From the IMG/VR virus record IMGVR_UViG_3300029874_000006, positions 10,779-74,778 of that record: a stretch of DNA of 64,000 nt; one strand, 5' to 3'. The position numbers were made by a program, and so were the translations under genes. The stretch's first letter is position 1. Each line of letters starts with the position of its first letter. Shown here piece by piece: positions 42,681-52,333 of this stretch. Source of the stretch: a virus (lineage: Duplodnaviria; Heunggongvirae; Uroviricota; Caudoviricetes). The notes beneath the pieces are model-generated. The model made no database searches and was not told where the DNA came from. It saw nothing but the letters and a program-made list of their open reading frames with translations.

Positions 42681-44421
42681 TCCCCAGAGATTTAGGGATG
42701 GCTTCACTATTAAACAAGAATGGTCTTTTACTATCGTGGATAGAGTTTTTCTTATTTTCTTCTTTAACAGTACCAAATACTAATTTAAGAAAATCTTTAT
42801 ATTCCTTATTATTAGATACCGATAGTCCCAAGAATTGTGCAGCTTCACAATAACCTATCAATCCAATGGTAGAATACAATTTACGCATATAAATATATCC
42901 TGCATTACAATCAGAAAACATTTTAGCGTCTTCCATTTCATAAAGCATTGTCTTATATGCAATATGATACTTATATACTCTTTTAAGAATATTAATAAGA
43001 TAATTTTTTAAGTCTGAAAAACTCTCAGAAAACCACTCAAAAGGAAAGGCACACTTACCATCAACAATATGATCCTCCCAATTTTTCCATGTATGTATAT
43101 AATCCTGAACAATTCTATTAATATTAAGAGTAATTACATTACAAGAACCAGTCATAACTCCAGTCATACCTGTAGTAGAACTAAAGGTATTATCAGACAT
43201 TTCATTTAGGACTCTACAACATGATGCCAAAGATGTAGGATTATCACTAGTATAGCAGAAGAAACTTCCACCTTTAGCCCACTCTTCGGCACATAACTCT
43301 TTGTATTCATGATCAAGATACTCTTTACCATTATGTACAAGAGCCATAGTAGTTACTGGAAATGTGAGAGGTTTAATTAATCTGATTTCTCTTAAAAGTT
43401 GCATAAAGATTCTCTGCAACTTATCTATAGCATTCCATTCAGGTTGTGTTCCATCAGGATAATAAAATTCTCCAAAGAGTGATTTAAAATATACTTTATC
43501 ATAAAAAGATACATTAGAGAAAGGTGAATTGTAGCTTCTATTGCCTGCAGGTTGATTAACTCCATAAATAAACTGCTTCATACCCTTTCGGATATAATGT
43601 CCAACAGTATACTGATGCAGAAAGTGGGAATTAGTTACAACTTCATCCACCTTATCATACCATACAGGTCCAAACTCTTGAATTACATAATAATTAAGAG
43701 CTATAAAATAATCTCCAAGAGCAACCGCTCCCTTACACTGAGAACTAAACAAAAACACAGCATTAGTTACCTGACCACTAAAAGACTGAATATCATTTGG
43801 AGCACTAGGAGTAACTCCATCAATATTACCTACACCCTTAAGCATTAATGGGTACAATGTAACTGCTTTACAATAAGGTTTAAGTACCGGAGTACTTGCC
43901 TCATCATGAGTATAAATAATATGATTTTCCAAATCCTTAATATACTGTCTTCCAAGTTCTTGACCTGGATACAATTTATTAAGTTTATCTTTCATTCGTT
44001 GTCTTTGGATAATTCTATTAGTTACTTTATATACTTCACCCTCAAGATTAGCTACATTCTTAGAAGCAACATTAGCATTAGCATCTGTTTCTGAAGAAGT
44101 AGATGCATTTACACCAGAATCTTTATAAGTGTCCATGTAATTAAGTCTACTTCTAATAAATCTAGCTTTCTTGTGTTCTTCTCTATAAATGGAATAAGCT
44201 CTGGCTACATCAAAATATTCGTAATTATATAAAGTCTCTTCTACTTCATCTTGAATTTCTTCTACAGTAATATTATCCCAGAATCTCATTTCTGAAACCA
44301 TATCCCGAATAACATTTTCAACAGAAGTATAACCGCAAGCTTTAAATGCCTTAGTTAAAGCATTAAATATTTTATCTGCATTAAACTCTTCCTTTGTTCC
44401 GTCTCTTTTTATAATGACCAT
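42676..44421 (-). CDS. nrdD: Anaerobic ribonucleoside-triphosphate reductase NrdD, 5' exon (ATP-cone plus catalytic barrel; lacks glycyl-radical C-terminus)
   Basis: N-terminal ATP-cone VIIKRDGTKEEFNADKI; 581 aa of class III RNR-like sequence ending ...AIPKSLGM without the C-terminal Zn-ribbon/Gly-radical region, which is found downstream at 41076..41486. Confidence 0.8.
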   Translation of the reverse strand: MVIIKRDGTKEEFNADKIFNALTKAFKACGYTSVENVIRDMVSEMRFWDNITVEEIQDEVEETLYNYEYFDVARAYSIYREEHKKARFIRSRLNYMDTYKDSGVNASTSSETDANANVASKNVANLEGEVYKVTNRIIQRQRMKDKLNKLYPGQELGRQYIKDLENHIIYTHDEASTPVLKPYCKAVTLYPLMLKGVGNIDGVTPSAPNDIQSFSGQVTNAVFLFSSQCKGAVALGDYFIALNYYVIQEFGPVWYDKVDEVVTNSHFLHQYTVGHYIRKGMKQFIYGVNQPAGNRSYNSPFSNVSFYDKVYFKSLFGEFYYPDGTQPEWNAIDKLQRIFMQLLREIRLIKPLTFPVTTMALVHNGKEYLDHEYKELCAEEWAKGGSFFCYTSDNPTSLASCCRVLNEMSDNTFSSTTGMTGVMTGSCNVITLNINRIVQDYIHTWKNWEDHIVDGKCAFPFEWFSESFSDLKNYLINILKRVYKYHIAYKTMLYEMEDAKMFSDCNAGYIYMRKLYSTIGLIGYCEAAQFLGLSVSNNKEYKDFLKLVFGTVKEENKKNSIHDSKRPFLFNSEAIPKSLGM

Positions 44422-44780
44422 ATATTCTTTTTATTCATTAATTTTTTAGTATCTGAAGATAATTTATCTGGATTATAGTTATCTAAATCTATTGTGAAAT
44501 TAATGAGTTTAAAATTATCAGCAACTTTATCCTTTATAAGCCATTTAACTAAATCTGTCAGGGATTCGTCAGCATAATCACCTCCTTGAGCATTTTTAAC
44601 TATCATAGTATTATCCATACTATTAAAGAATGCCCAAGGGACTGCTTCACCACATGTATAAGCTATGTAACCGACAGCATCGTTACCTTTATAAGATATA
44701 ACTATACCTCCAGTATTATCATCAATAGCACCCAAATCAATAGCATCTGAGGTTTCACTTGGCAATATAATATCTTTCAT
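44409..44780 (-). CDS. Hypothetical protein (123 aa)
   Basis: ORF. Confidence 0.4.
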   Translation of the reverse strand: MKDIILPSETSDAIDLGAIDDNTGGIVISYKGNDAVGYIAYTCGEAVPWAFFNSMDNTMIVKNAQGGDYADESLTDLVKWLIKDKVADNFKLINFTIDLDNYNPDKLSSDTKKLMNKKNIWSL

Positions 44781-44785
44781 ACTAT

Positions 44786-45394
44786 TTATTTTAAAGACTC
44801 TAAAAACTCATCTACAGCAGGATACTCATCATCATAGATAATATCATCAATCTTGAAATCCTTAATAGTAAAGTCAGGTCTCCCATGAGATTGCCAATAC
44901 TTTGTTACATACTCGGCATTAGAATTAGGACTTCCCACACCTAAAGCCATAGTCATGTCAAACTGATTAGACTCTCTAGAATGTCCACAATAGAAATTCT
45001 GACACTTTTTAATATGCTCCAGGCACTTATCGGTAGCTTCCTTACCAATCAGAGTATCTAATGATGGAACCTTTTTATAATCTCTATAAGCAGGTCTATC
45101 TTTAGTGGCAGGTTTATAATCGTCTTCCGTGCCCCCTTTGACTAGATAATCTATTAGTAATTCAAAAGTGTCATTCCAATCATCGGTAATTCCATAAGCA
45201 TCTTTATATATGTCTCTCAGATAGATAAAATTCTTTTCTGACAAATAGTGTTTCTTATATAGGGGATCTTCCTTAGAATCTTTATATCCATCTGCAATAA
45301 GTTTATCTAAGTCTATAGCTGGTTGAGCCCATTTATACATTTCAACCAAGCATTTATGAATTGCTTCACTTAAAATATCACTTCTTGTTAACAT
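44786..45394 (-). CDS. Hypothetical protein (202 aa)
   Basis: ORF. Confidence 0.4.
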   Translation of the reverse strand: MLTRSDILSEAIHKCLVEMYKWAQPAIDLDKLIADGYKDSKEDPLYKKHYLSEKNFIYLRDIYKDAYGITDDWNDTFELLIDYLVKGGTEDDYKPATKDRPAYRDYKKVPSLDTLIGKEATDKCLEHIKKCQNFYCGHSRESNQFDMTMALGVGSPNSNAEYVTKYWQSHGRPDFTIKDFKIDDIIYDDEYPAVDEFLESLK

Positions 45395-45425
45395 GCAGTA
45401 TTTGTTTTCCTTATTAAATGCTAAT

Positions 45426-46943
45426 CTAGTTATTTCCCTTAACTGTTCCCATCAACATATCATCCTTTGTAACTACAGAATAATTAATACTCCATTTAGT
45501 ATGTCCAAAATTAGCAACAATATAATTACTACTTCCATACATACTACCTACTGAAATATAATCAAACTGCTTACCGGTAGTATAAGCATAATTATGTAAA
45601 TCTCCCTTTACTACATAGATATATTTATTACTGATATTCTGTTCTGCTATATAGTTAGCAAAATATAATTCAGTTTGAGGATTAAGTGTAAGTGGAAATT
45701 GACGAGACTGATTGTTATTGTCTTTGCCATGCATGAAAATCCATGAATGCTTACCAATAGTAAAATGGTCAATGGGAAAGTTACTGATAAAACTCTTAAC
45801 CCCTTCATTAGCTAAATATGCAGCTAATAACTTATTATTTAACCATCCCCAATTGCCATCATGATTACTTTCACCTATACAGAGATAATTAAACTCATCA
45901 CTTCTTACATTAGCTTTAAGAGCTTTGAAGAACTCCATCATACACTCTATATAAGTCTCGCTAATTTCTTTATCATCCATTACCTCAGGAAGTTGATGTC
46001 CACCTCTAGTAGTTTCTTTATTATAACCATCAATAGAATCGCCAAGATTAACTACATAAACTGCTCCATAAGACTGTCCAGCAAATGTCCGTACAATCTT
46101 AGTTAATCTAGCTTTAATCTCCTCTTTATCATAATTAGGAAGAGTTACGAAACTACTATACTTAGCATTATAAGCTCCAATATGTAAATCAGACAACCAT
46201 ATAATTAATACTGGATATGTTGGATTACTGCTATTAATGTTAACTGGAAGCTCTTTATAGTCTTTATTAGTTTCTTTAATTAATTGAATTAGTTTTTCCT
46301 CACTAATAGAACTTTTCATTTGTTCTTTAGTGAGTTTAATAACTAGTTGTTTGAGGTCTCTTACCTCATTCTTTTCTACAGCTTTTAAGAAGTCATTCTC
46401 CTTCTCTCTAAGTTGCATTTCCTGAAGTTCTTCTGGCGTATGCTCTTCAATTACATGAGGGGCAAATGGACTAGAAGCTTTAGTTATATTAAAAGCCCGT
46501 AAAATTCTCTTAAAATCAACTAAAGAATAATCAGGAAAATGTCTACTTACTTGTCGCTGTGTGAGACTAGAACCATAATAAGAATAAAGTCTATAGATAA
46601 GATTCATTTCATCTCTAGTTAAGGCTCCTATCACAGGAGTCTTATCACGACGGAATACTTTAAATCTATAACTAACTATTGTGCCATCCTCATTACGAAT
46701 CTGTTCAGTCTCTGCTCTTTCATCAGTATCAATATGCTCTACAGAATTACCTGTAGGCTTTTTTACAGAATCATATAGAGAAATAATATCTTCATCTTTA
46801 CCAATACTACGAGTATATTTAATAGTATTCATTAAAGTACTATAATTATAGTTCTTTGCAATACAAGCTGCTTTTACACTACAATTATTCTCTTTAGCAT
46901 AGTTCAATACTTTCTCAATACGATTTCTGGTTTCCTTTTTCAT
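45426..46943 (-). CDS. Metallophosphoesterase-domain protein with N-terminal HTH-like region (SbcD/Mre11-like nuclease possible)
   Basis: C-terminal half: WLSDLHIG, NLGDSIDG, GESNHDG, GDLH. Confidence 0.5.
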   Translation of the reverse strand: MKKETRNRIEKVLNYAKENNCSVKAACIAKNYNYSTLMNTIKYTRSIGKDEDIISLYDSVKKPTGNSVEHIDTDERAETEQIRNEDGTIVSYRFKVFRRDKTPVIGALTRDEMNLIYRLYSYYGSSLTQRQVSRHFPDYSLVDFKRILRAFNITKASSPFAPHVIEEHTPEELQEMQLREKENDFLKAVEKNEVRDLKQLVIKLTKEQMKSSISEEKLIQLIKETNKDYKELPVNINSSNPTYPVLIIWLSDLHIGAYNAKYSSFVTLPNYDKEEIKARLTKIVRTFAGQSYGAVYVVNLGDSIDGYNKETTRGGHQLPEVMDDKEISETYIECMMEFFKALKANVRSDEFNYLCIGESNHDGNWGWLNNKLLAAYLANEGVKSFISNFPIDHFTIGKHSWIFMHGKDNNNQSRQFPLTLNPQTELYFANYIAEQNISNKYIYVVKGDLHNYAYTTGKQFDYISVGSMYGSSNYIVANFGHTKWSINYSVVTKDDMLMGTVKGNN

Positions 46944-47057
46944 TGTTAAATGTTTAAATAAGCTATTAAGCCGTTAAAAATATAATCTATTTATAAACAT
47001 CTAATTATTACTGAATCTATATTATATTTTATTATTTAGCTAATTCCAAATATTTCT

Positions 47058-47834
47058 TTACTTAATACCTAAAATGTCTTTAACTAAATAAATCTTCTCA
47101 AATTTATTAACTATATCTCTACCCTTATCATGAGTAATAATATCTGTAAATGCCTGATAAGCATCGAACATACAAATATCCTCATTATTAGGTACAAAAT
47201 AGTCAGACTTCTCGTCAATTACTAATTTTTTATAAGCATCAATAGCTGTAGATTCTGCCAACTTTACAGTACCAAATCCCGAATTAAATTTGCTACTAAT
47301 ACAATTATCTACCCAATGTCCCAAATTGTCATAGAGTTCATTTCTCTTAATATATGTATTAGCTAAATTCTCTAACATCACCTTTGTATTATCAGTCATT
47401 TCCATAACTTGATTTACAAAGGTATATTCCATAGCTGTTTCTGGCTCTAATTCCCTAACTTGCAGCATATTTGGAGAGAATACACACATATTTAAACAAG
47501 CACTACGTACTGCATTTTGAAATATCTTATACACTGGTTTACGGGTATCTAAAGCATACAGAAGACTAACTGACTGAGTATGACCTTCATAAGCATATTC
47601 TCCTGGAAGTTGTGCTTCTACCCACACCCTATTATATACAATATTTTCAAAATTAACTTCACCATCATTAGTTAGACTAATCTGATCTGCAGGCTTAACC
47701 TGAATTTCAAACTTATCTGTAAACTTAGACATCCTGTCTATAAATGGCATTACATATTGCTTAGTTGTAAAATACTCCTTTTCTTTAATTCTAGTGGCTT
47801 TTCCTGAATAAAGTTGCTCTAAAGTTACTTGCAT
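47058..47834 (-). CDS. Hypothetical protein (258 aa)
   Basis: ORF. Confidence 0.4.
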   Translation of the reverse strand: MQVTLEQLYSGKATRIKEKEYFTTKQYVMPFIDRMSKFTDKFEIQVKPADQISLTNDGEVNFENIVYNRVWVEAQLPGEYAYEGHTQSVSLLYALDTRKPVYKIFQNAVRSACLNMCVFSPNMLQVRELEPETAMEYTFVNQVMEMTDNTKVMLENLANTYIKRNELYDNLGHWVDNCISSKFNSGFGTVKLAESTAIDAYKKLVIDEKSDYFVPNNEDICMFDAYQAFTDIITHDKGRDIVNKFEKIYLVKDILGIK

Positions 47835-47884
47835 TTAATTTAATTACTTAATTATTTAAAGTAATCTAGCTATTAATGTATCTA

Positions 47885-47925
47885 AAGAAAAAAAGGTGAC
47901 TATCCTCACGGACAATCACCTTACT
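47885..47925 (-). terminator. Strong intrinsic terminator downstream of 47962..48543
   Basis: + strand reads A7-AGGTGActatcctcacggacaaTCACCT; on the minus strand a 6-bp stem is followed by U7. Confidence 0.6.
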
Positions 47926-47961
47926 TAATTCTAACAATAATGTTAGTTACCCAATATATGA

Positions 47962-48543
47962 TTATGCATTTTCAATACCAAAAGCAATGTATGAACCTGG
48001 CTTAGTATTCTTAGAAGGAGTATACTTAGCTGTAGCTACAACTGCATTACCCTCTACTACATCCTTTGTCTTTACCAACTTAGCATCACCTCTAAATGCG
48101 CCACTCTTATAGAGTTCCTTGATTGCATTCTTAGCGTCTGCCTTATTAGTATCAACCTGACACACTGTCTTACCTTCAGCGTCAATCCACTTGTACATTG
48201 ACTTAAACTTTCTCTTACCCTCGCTCTTTACATCTTCAATCTTATATGGACGCTCACGAGTGTCACCAATAGCAGCCTCTACTACAATAATGTAACCAGC
48301 ACCTGGGCAGCTCTTACCTTTCTTCTCCAAATAATCCAACTTAAATGCCTTGTCATCACGCTCTGTCCAAACACCCTGATGCTTAGCCTTTGTGTTCTTG
48401 TAAGCCTGAGTTGCATCACCATTAATATGGAAATACTGCTCTTCAATGTTTGCGATTGCTACATCCTTAGACTCTGCTGATACTGCTACACTCTTAAAAT
48501 TCAAAACCTTTGTACTCATAATTATTAAATCCTTATTAAACAT
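47962..48543 (-). CDS. Lysine-rich hypothetical protein (193 aa), likely abundantly expressed
   Basis: ORF with its own terminator and a 150-bp upstream intergenic region. Confidence 0.4.
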   Translation of the reverse strand: MFNKDLIIMSTKVLNFKSVAVSAESKDVAIANIEEQYFHINGDATQAYKNTKAKHQGVWTERDDKAFKLDYLEKKGKSCPGAGYIIVVEAAIGDTRERPYKIEDVKSEGKRKFKSMYKWIDAEGKTVCQVDTNKADAKNAIKELYKSGAFRGDAKLVKTKDVVEGNAVVATAKYTPSKNTKPGSYIAFGIENA

Positions 48544-48695
48544 TAATCATTTTCATATCATCTACGAAATACTTATCTAAAACCAGTTTTCTTGACTGAT
48601 GTAAACAACAATAATCCATTTAGGAAATTATCCAAGGATTATAGTGTTAATTAATGTTAATCTAAATAATTGTACAAATTTTTGATAAAATATTA

Positions 48696-49043
48696 TCAAA
48701 ATGGTACATAAGAATCTAATAATTTTTTAAGCTGTTTTGGCATATTTTTGAGGGACACTCCATAGTCCGGAAAGTCTTTAACTCCGTACATAAAGTCCTC
48801 ACAAATAGCACCAAGTGATTTCAGAAAGGTTTCCTTTTCTTCTTTTCCGAAATCTTTCCCTACTTTCAATAAAACATCATAACAAGTGATTTCTTTGTCT
48901 TTTTTCCTGAGTTCATTAGTTATATAACAAGTTAAGGCTATTACAGCTAATTTATCACCCAAGTTACTATTTAAAAAATGAACACTAAAGAATTTTTTAT
49001 ATATTGCTAGAGTTTTATTAAAGTCTAAATCTTTAAGTTCCAT
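48696..49043 (-). CDS. Hypothetical protein (115 aa)
   Basis: ORF. Confidence 0.35.
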   Translation of the reverse strand: MELKDLDFNKTLAIYKKFFSVHFLNSNLGDKLAVIALTCYITNELRKKDKEITCYDVLLKVGKDFGKEEKETFLKSLGAICEDFMYGVKDFPDYGVSLKNMPKQLKKLLDSYVPF

Positions 49044-50068
49044 TAAAGAGAATATCCTTTATAGCAAATTAGATATGCTACATGACGTAACAAAGTTCCC
49101 AATTCATACATACCTTCCTGTATTTCTTTATTGGTTACAGGTCTAACTTTAGTATAGTATTGTGGAATGGTAGATACTACTAAATAATTAGCCTTTATTG
49201 AAGGTTTTGATATATTATACTCCTTTGCTACATACAAATTTAACAGATATAAATATTCAGCTAATTCTCTACTATAGTGATACCTATTAATATTATCATC
49301 GATAGCAGACACTACTTTACTAATAGTCTTAACATCATTTACAGTAATAATGTCTTGCTCTGTATCAATAGTAAAATTATCCAGTTTAGCTTTTAAATGT
49401 AGTATGGTTTTATTACCATTAGCACATTCAGCTTCTATATCTAGTAGAAATGCTTGTTCATTCATAGAAAGAGGAGGGTCTAAGAGTCCTGAAGGATTAA
49501 GTAACTCTTGAATTTGTGGATTCTTAGTTAATGCTTCTACACAATTATATACAGTATCACGACTCTTATCATCTAAATAGATAAGTTCTTTAGTACTATT
49601 TAATTGCGCATTCTTTCTAGCTTTCCAATATGGAATACATTGCTCATTTACCCTTTTAATGATATCTGGAGTAAGCTTATTTTTATAGTAATTAACCTTA
49701 CTTGAAGCTTCTTCAATATCAGAAGTTCTAATGGGATGTTGCAACCATACTGGATAAAGTTCATCTGCCATAGCTCCCAATTTAGCAGTAGGTTTACCTA
49801 GAGCATGAGCAAGTTCAAACTGGTCACCCTGCAAAGAGAGACAATGAACTGCGGAACCTATAACTAAACTAGAAACAAACCCTTCGTCTTTGAACCCAGC
49901 AAAGAAGGCATCTGTTGAACCTCCTTGAAATGGATTAAGTAATCCTAATCTTGAATTACTTATGTAACTTCCATACTTAGAAGAGAAATACTCTGCATCA
50001 TCAATTTTAACTAATTTAAGAGTGTCAATTAATGGAGTAAGTTTAACTATGTCTCTTAATTTTGCCAT
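49043..50068 (-). CDS. Hypothetical protein (341 aa)
   Basis: ORF; no confident motif. Confidence 0.4.
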   Translation of the reverse strand: MAKLRDIVKLTPLIDTLKLVKIDDAEYFSSKYGSYISNSRLGLLNPFQGGSTDAFFAGFKDEGFVSSLVIGSAVHCLSLQGDQFELAHALGKPTAKLGAMADELYPVWLQHPIRTSDIEEASSKVNYYKNKLTPDIIKRVNEQCIPYWKARKNAQLNSTKELIYLDDKSRDTVYNCVEALTKNPQIQELLNPSGLLDPPLSMNEQAFLLDIEAECANGNKTILHLKAKLDNFTIDTEQDIITVNDVKTISKVVSAIDDNINRYHYSRELAEYLYLLNLYVAKEYNISKPSIKANYLVVSTIPQYYTKVRPVTNKEIQEGMYELGTLLRHVAYLICYKGYSL

Positions 50069-50616
50069 CCTAAGACATTTAACTCATTCATATATGCATC
50101 TAGGATTTCTTCATAATCTAAATTGTAAACGCGAAATTCACACTCCACATTTTGATTGTGTGGTCTATCAATAAGAAGGGCAGGTAACCCACTCTGTATA
50201 GCTTTAGTTACATTAAATAAACTATCATCTATAAGAACATCACACCTTCCCTTTATTTTATCAGCTTTATTACCATTTTGATTATAAGTCTGATAAATAG
50301 GTTTTATTGGTAAACCATTTTTAATTAAAGAATTACGAGTGTAACTCTTTTGATTTATACGCTTAGTTGAATAAATATGAGGTTCAAAATTAGGACGCTC
50401 TAGTAACTCTAGATTTTCCCAAAATTCTCTGTCATATTGTAACTTACGTACATTTCTGGTAATTATATGTTGCACCAAATTACGTTCACCAGGGAAACGT
50501 TTTTGATAAGCTTCAAACCACTTTAAAATGGTATCATCTATATCTAGTGCAATACGTAGGTTATTCATATTCTTCAATTTCATGAATGCTTCCCAAGAAA
50601 ATATCGTGATTATCAT
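50056..50616 (-). CDS. HAD-family 5'(3')-deoxyribonucleotidase-like
   Basis: IALDIDDTIL (DxDxT) and VLIDDS motifs. Confidence 0.5.
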   Translation of the reverse strand: MIITIFSWEAFMKLKNMNNLRIALDIDDTILKWFEAYQKRFPGERNLVQHIITRNVRKLQYDREFWENLELLERPNFEPHIYSTKRINQKSYTRNSLIKNGLPIKPIYQTYNQNGNKADKIKGRCDVLIDDSLFNVTKAIQSGLPALLIDRPHNQNVECEFRVYNLDYEEILDAYMNELNVLGWQN

Positions 50617-50788
50617 ATATCAACTGCATAAACTCTTCATAATCAGTACACTCTGCTAAAGCATCTGAATCAAATTCTTCTGCATAATGTTTAATTACTT
50701 TATCTACACAGTCTTCATAACTATTTGCAGTAATTTTGAGAATATCACACTCTCCTGGGTCACTCCAAGGAATCAAATAAGTATTCAT
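50561..50788 (-). CDS. Small acidic protein (75 aa)
   Basis: ORF partly overlapping the neighbour. Confidence 0.3.
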   Translation of the reverse strand: MNTYLIPWSDPGECDILKITANSYEDCVDKVIKHYAEEFDSDALAECTDYEEFMQLIYDNHDIFLGSIHEIEEYE

Positions 50789-51234
50789 TTTAATTTACTA
50801 ATTAGTTGGTAAAAGTAATCTATCGGTATAACGGCAACTGTACCAGGACTTTGCTCTCCATCTTTGCCTGCCTTCTTCCAACACATTACAAAAGGCTTGT
50901 CCTTTAAACTACAGGCATCTCTAATTGTAAAATAATTAGGCATGTTCTGAGTATATTTAGCTTGTATATAACAAGGAACTTCCTCATCACAAATATCCAC
51001 TTTGTTAGCGTCTAAAGTTTTATCTTTGTTACGGCTAGTCATGCAATTAGGATATCCAATTTCCCTTAATTTATGTACAATATCAAGTTCAAAGCTAGAT
51101 CCCTTTTTCTTACTCTTTTTAGCAGTAAGACTCCTCCTAACAGCAGGATCTGCCCATTGAAATGTCATTCCATCTTTAGATTTAGCTCCAGAGCCAGGTT
51201 TATTAGCTCTAGACTTAATTGAATTAATTGTCAA
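50785..51234 (-). CDS. Holliday-junction resolvase (Hjc-like PD-(D/E)xK)
   Basis: KKKGSSFELDIVHKLREIGYPNCMTSRNK...KVDICD matches the Hjc pattern G..ERELV..L...G...R......DII. Confidence 0.5.
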   Translation of the reverse strand: MTINSIKSRANKPGSGAKSKDGMTFQWADPAVRRSLTAKKSKKKGSSFELDIVHKLREIGYPNCMTSRNKDKTLDANKVDICDEEVPCYIQAKYTQNMPNYFTIRDACSLKDKPFVMCWKKAGKDGEQSPGTVAVIPIDYFYQLISKLK

Positions 51235-51314
51235 TTTAGTTACTTCGGAAGCTTCTTCTATTGTTTGGAATGTTTGTGTGTCGCCATTCTTATATTTTAC
51301 TGTTACACTAGTAT

Positions 51315-52319
51315 TTAGCTATGTCTTTCCCATTCTTTTATATATTTAATAGATTCTTTAATAAATTTAATAGTTCCCTTTCTCCCATACTTCTTATAGA
51401 AATCACTAATATCCTTAGCCCCATACCTTCTAGGTATAATACAAGGAATTAAGAAATCATATTTCCTACGCAGTACATTAGTATAATGTATTCCTGTAAG
51501 ATCTGAATCAAATAAAAGTACTATTTTATCAAATCTCTGCCTTAAATCTTCTAAGATAGTATTAGAAATAAATTGAGTTTCACTTTGTGGAGCACATGCG
51601 GGTATTCCCATACCATATAAGCAAGCACAATCTTTTAAACTCTTAGTTATTACTAATAACTTACCATTTTTGGGTAATTGTCTATAACCTTGAATAGTTT
51701 TAGTAGATATATTACCTATAAATCTGTAATCAGACCTTTTCGGATAATATATTTTCCACTGTTCTACATGTTCTTTCTTTCCAAAATAATATCCATAACT
51801 AGGACACTTTGAAGTAGATTGACTAAATATAGAACCATTTAAAAAGACTGTTCTACAACTAAATATTCTATACTTATTTAATATAGGTTTAGTTATACCA
51901 TACTGATTCCACCATTTTAATTCCTCTTCAGAAAATTCTTGTGCCTCTATTTGAATGAAAGTTTGTTTGCCCCCTTTAAATTCAGCTTGCTTAACTACAG
52001 GTTTAGATATAGGAGATTCTCCCTTAATAAATCCGAAGTCTTTAGCTATAATTCTCAAAGCCTCATGGTAGTTACAATTAAACTTTTTCATTACAACATT
52101 TTCAAAGGCAAAGCATTCCCCAGTAGCAAAATCTTTAAAGTAAAGTCTGCCAGATTTACCTCTAAAAAATCCACAAGTTTTATGATGGTCAGAACGTAGA
52201 GGAGACACATACAAGCCTTTATCTACAGGTATTCCTAGATAATAACTCATATATGTCTCCTCATTGTTTTCATTTAGAAGAAACTCCCTAGTAACTTTAG
52301 GTTCAAAACTAAAGTCCAT
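51315..52319 (-). CDS. DnaG-like DNA primase (degenerate zinc-binding domain plus Toprim-like region)
   Basis: SPLRSDHHKTCGFF...YFKDFATGECFAFENVVM...NYHEALRIIAKDFG resembles the DnaG ZBD; LLVITKSLKD...VLLFDSDLTG is Toprim-like. Confidence 0.5.
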   Translation of the reverse strand: MDFSFEPKVTREFLLNENNEETYMSYYLGIPVDKGLYVSPLRSDHHKTCGFFRGKSGRLYFKDFATGECFAFENVVMKKFNCNYHEALRIIAKDFGFIKGESPISKPVVKQAEFKGGKQTFIQIEAQEFSEEELKWWNQYGITKPILNKYRIFSCRTVFLNGSIFSQSTSKCPSYGYYFGKKEHVEQWKIYYPKRSDYRFIGNISTKTIQGYRQLPKNGKLLVITKSLKDCACLYGMGIPACAPQSETQFISNTILEDLRQRFDKIVLLFDSDLTGIHYTNVLRRKYDFLIPCIIPRRYGAKDISDFYKKYGRKGTIKFIKESIKYIKEWERHS

Positions 52320-52333
52320 AGAGAATTATTTAA

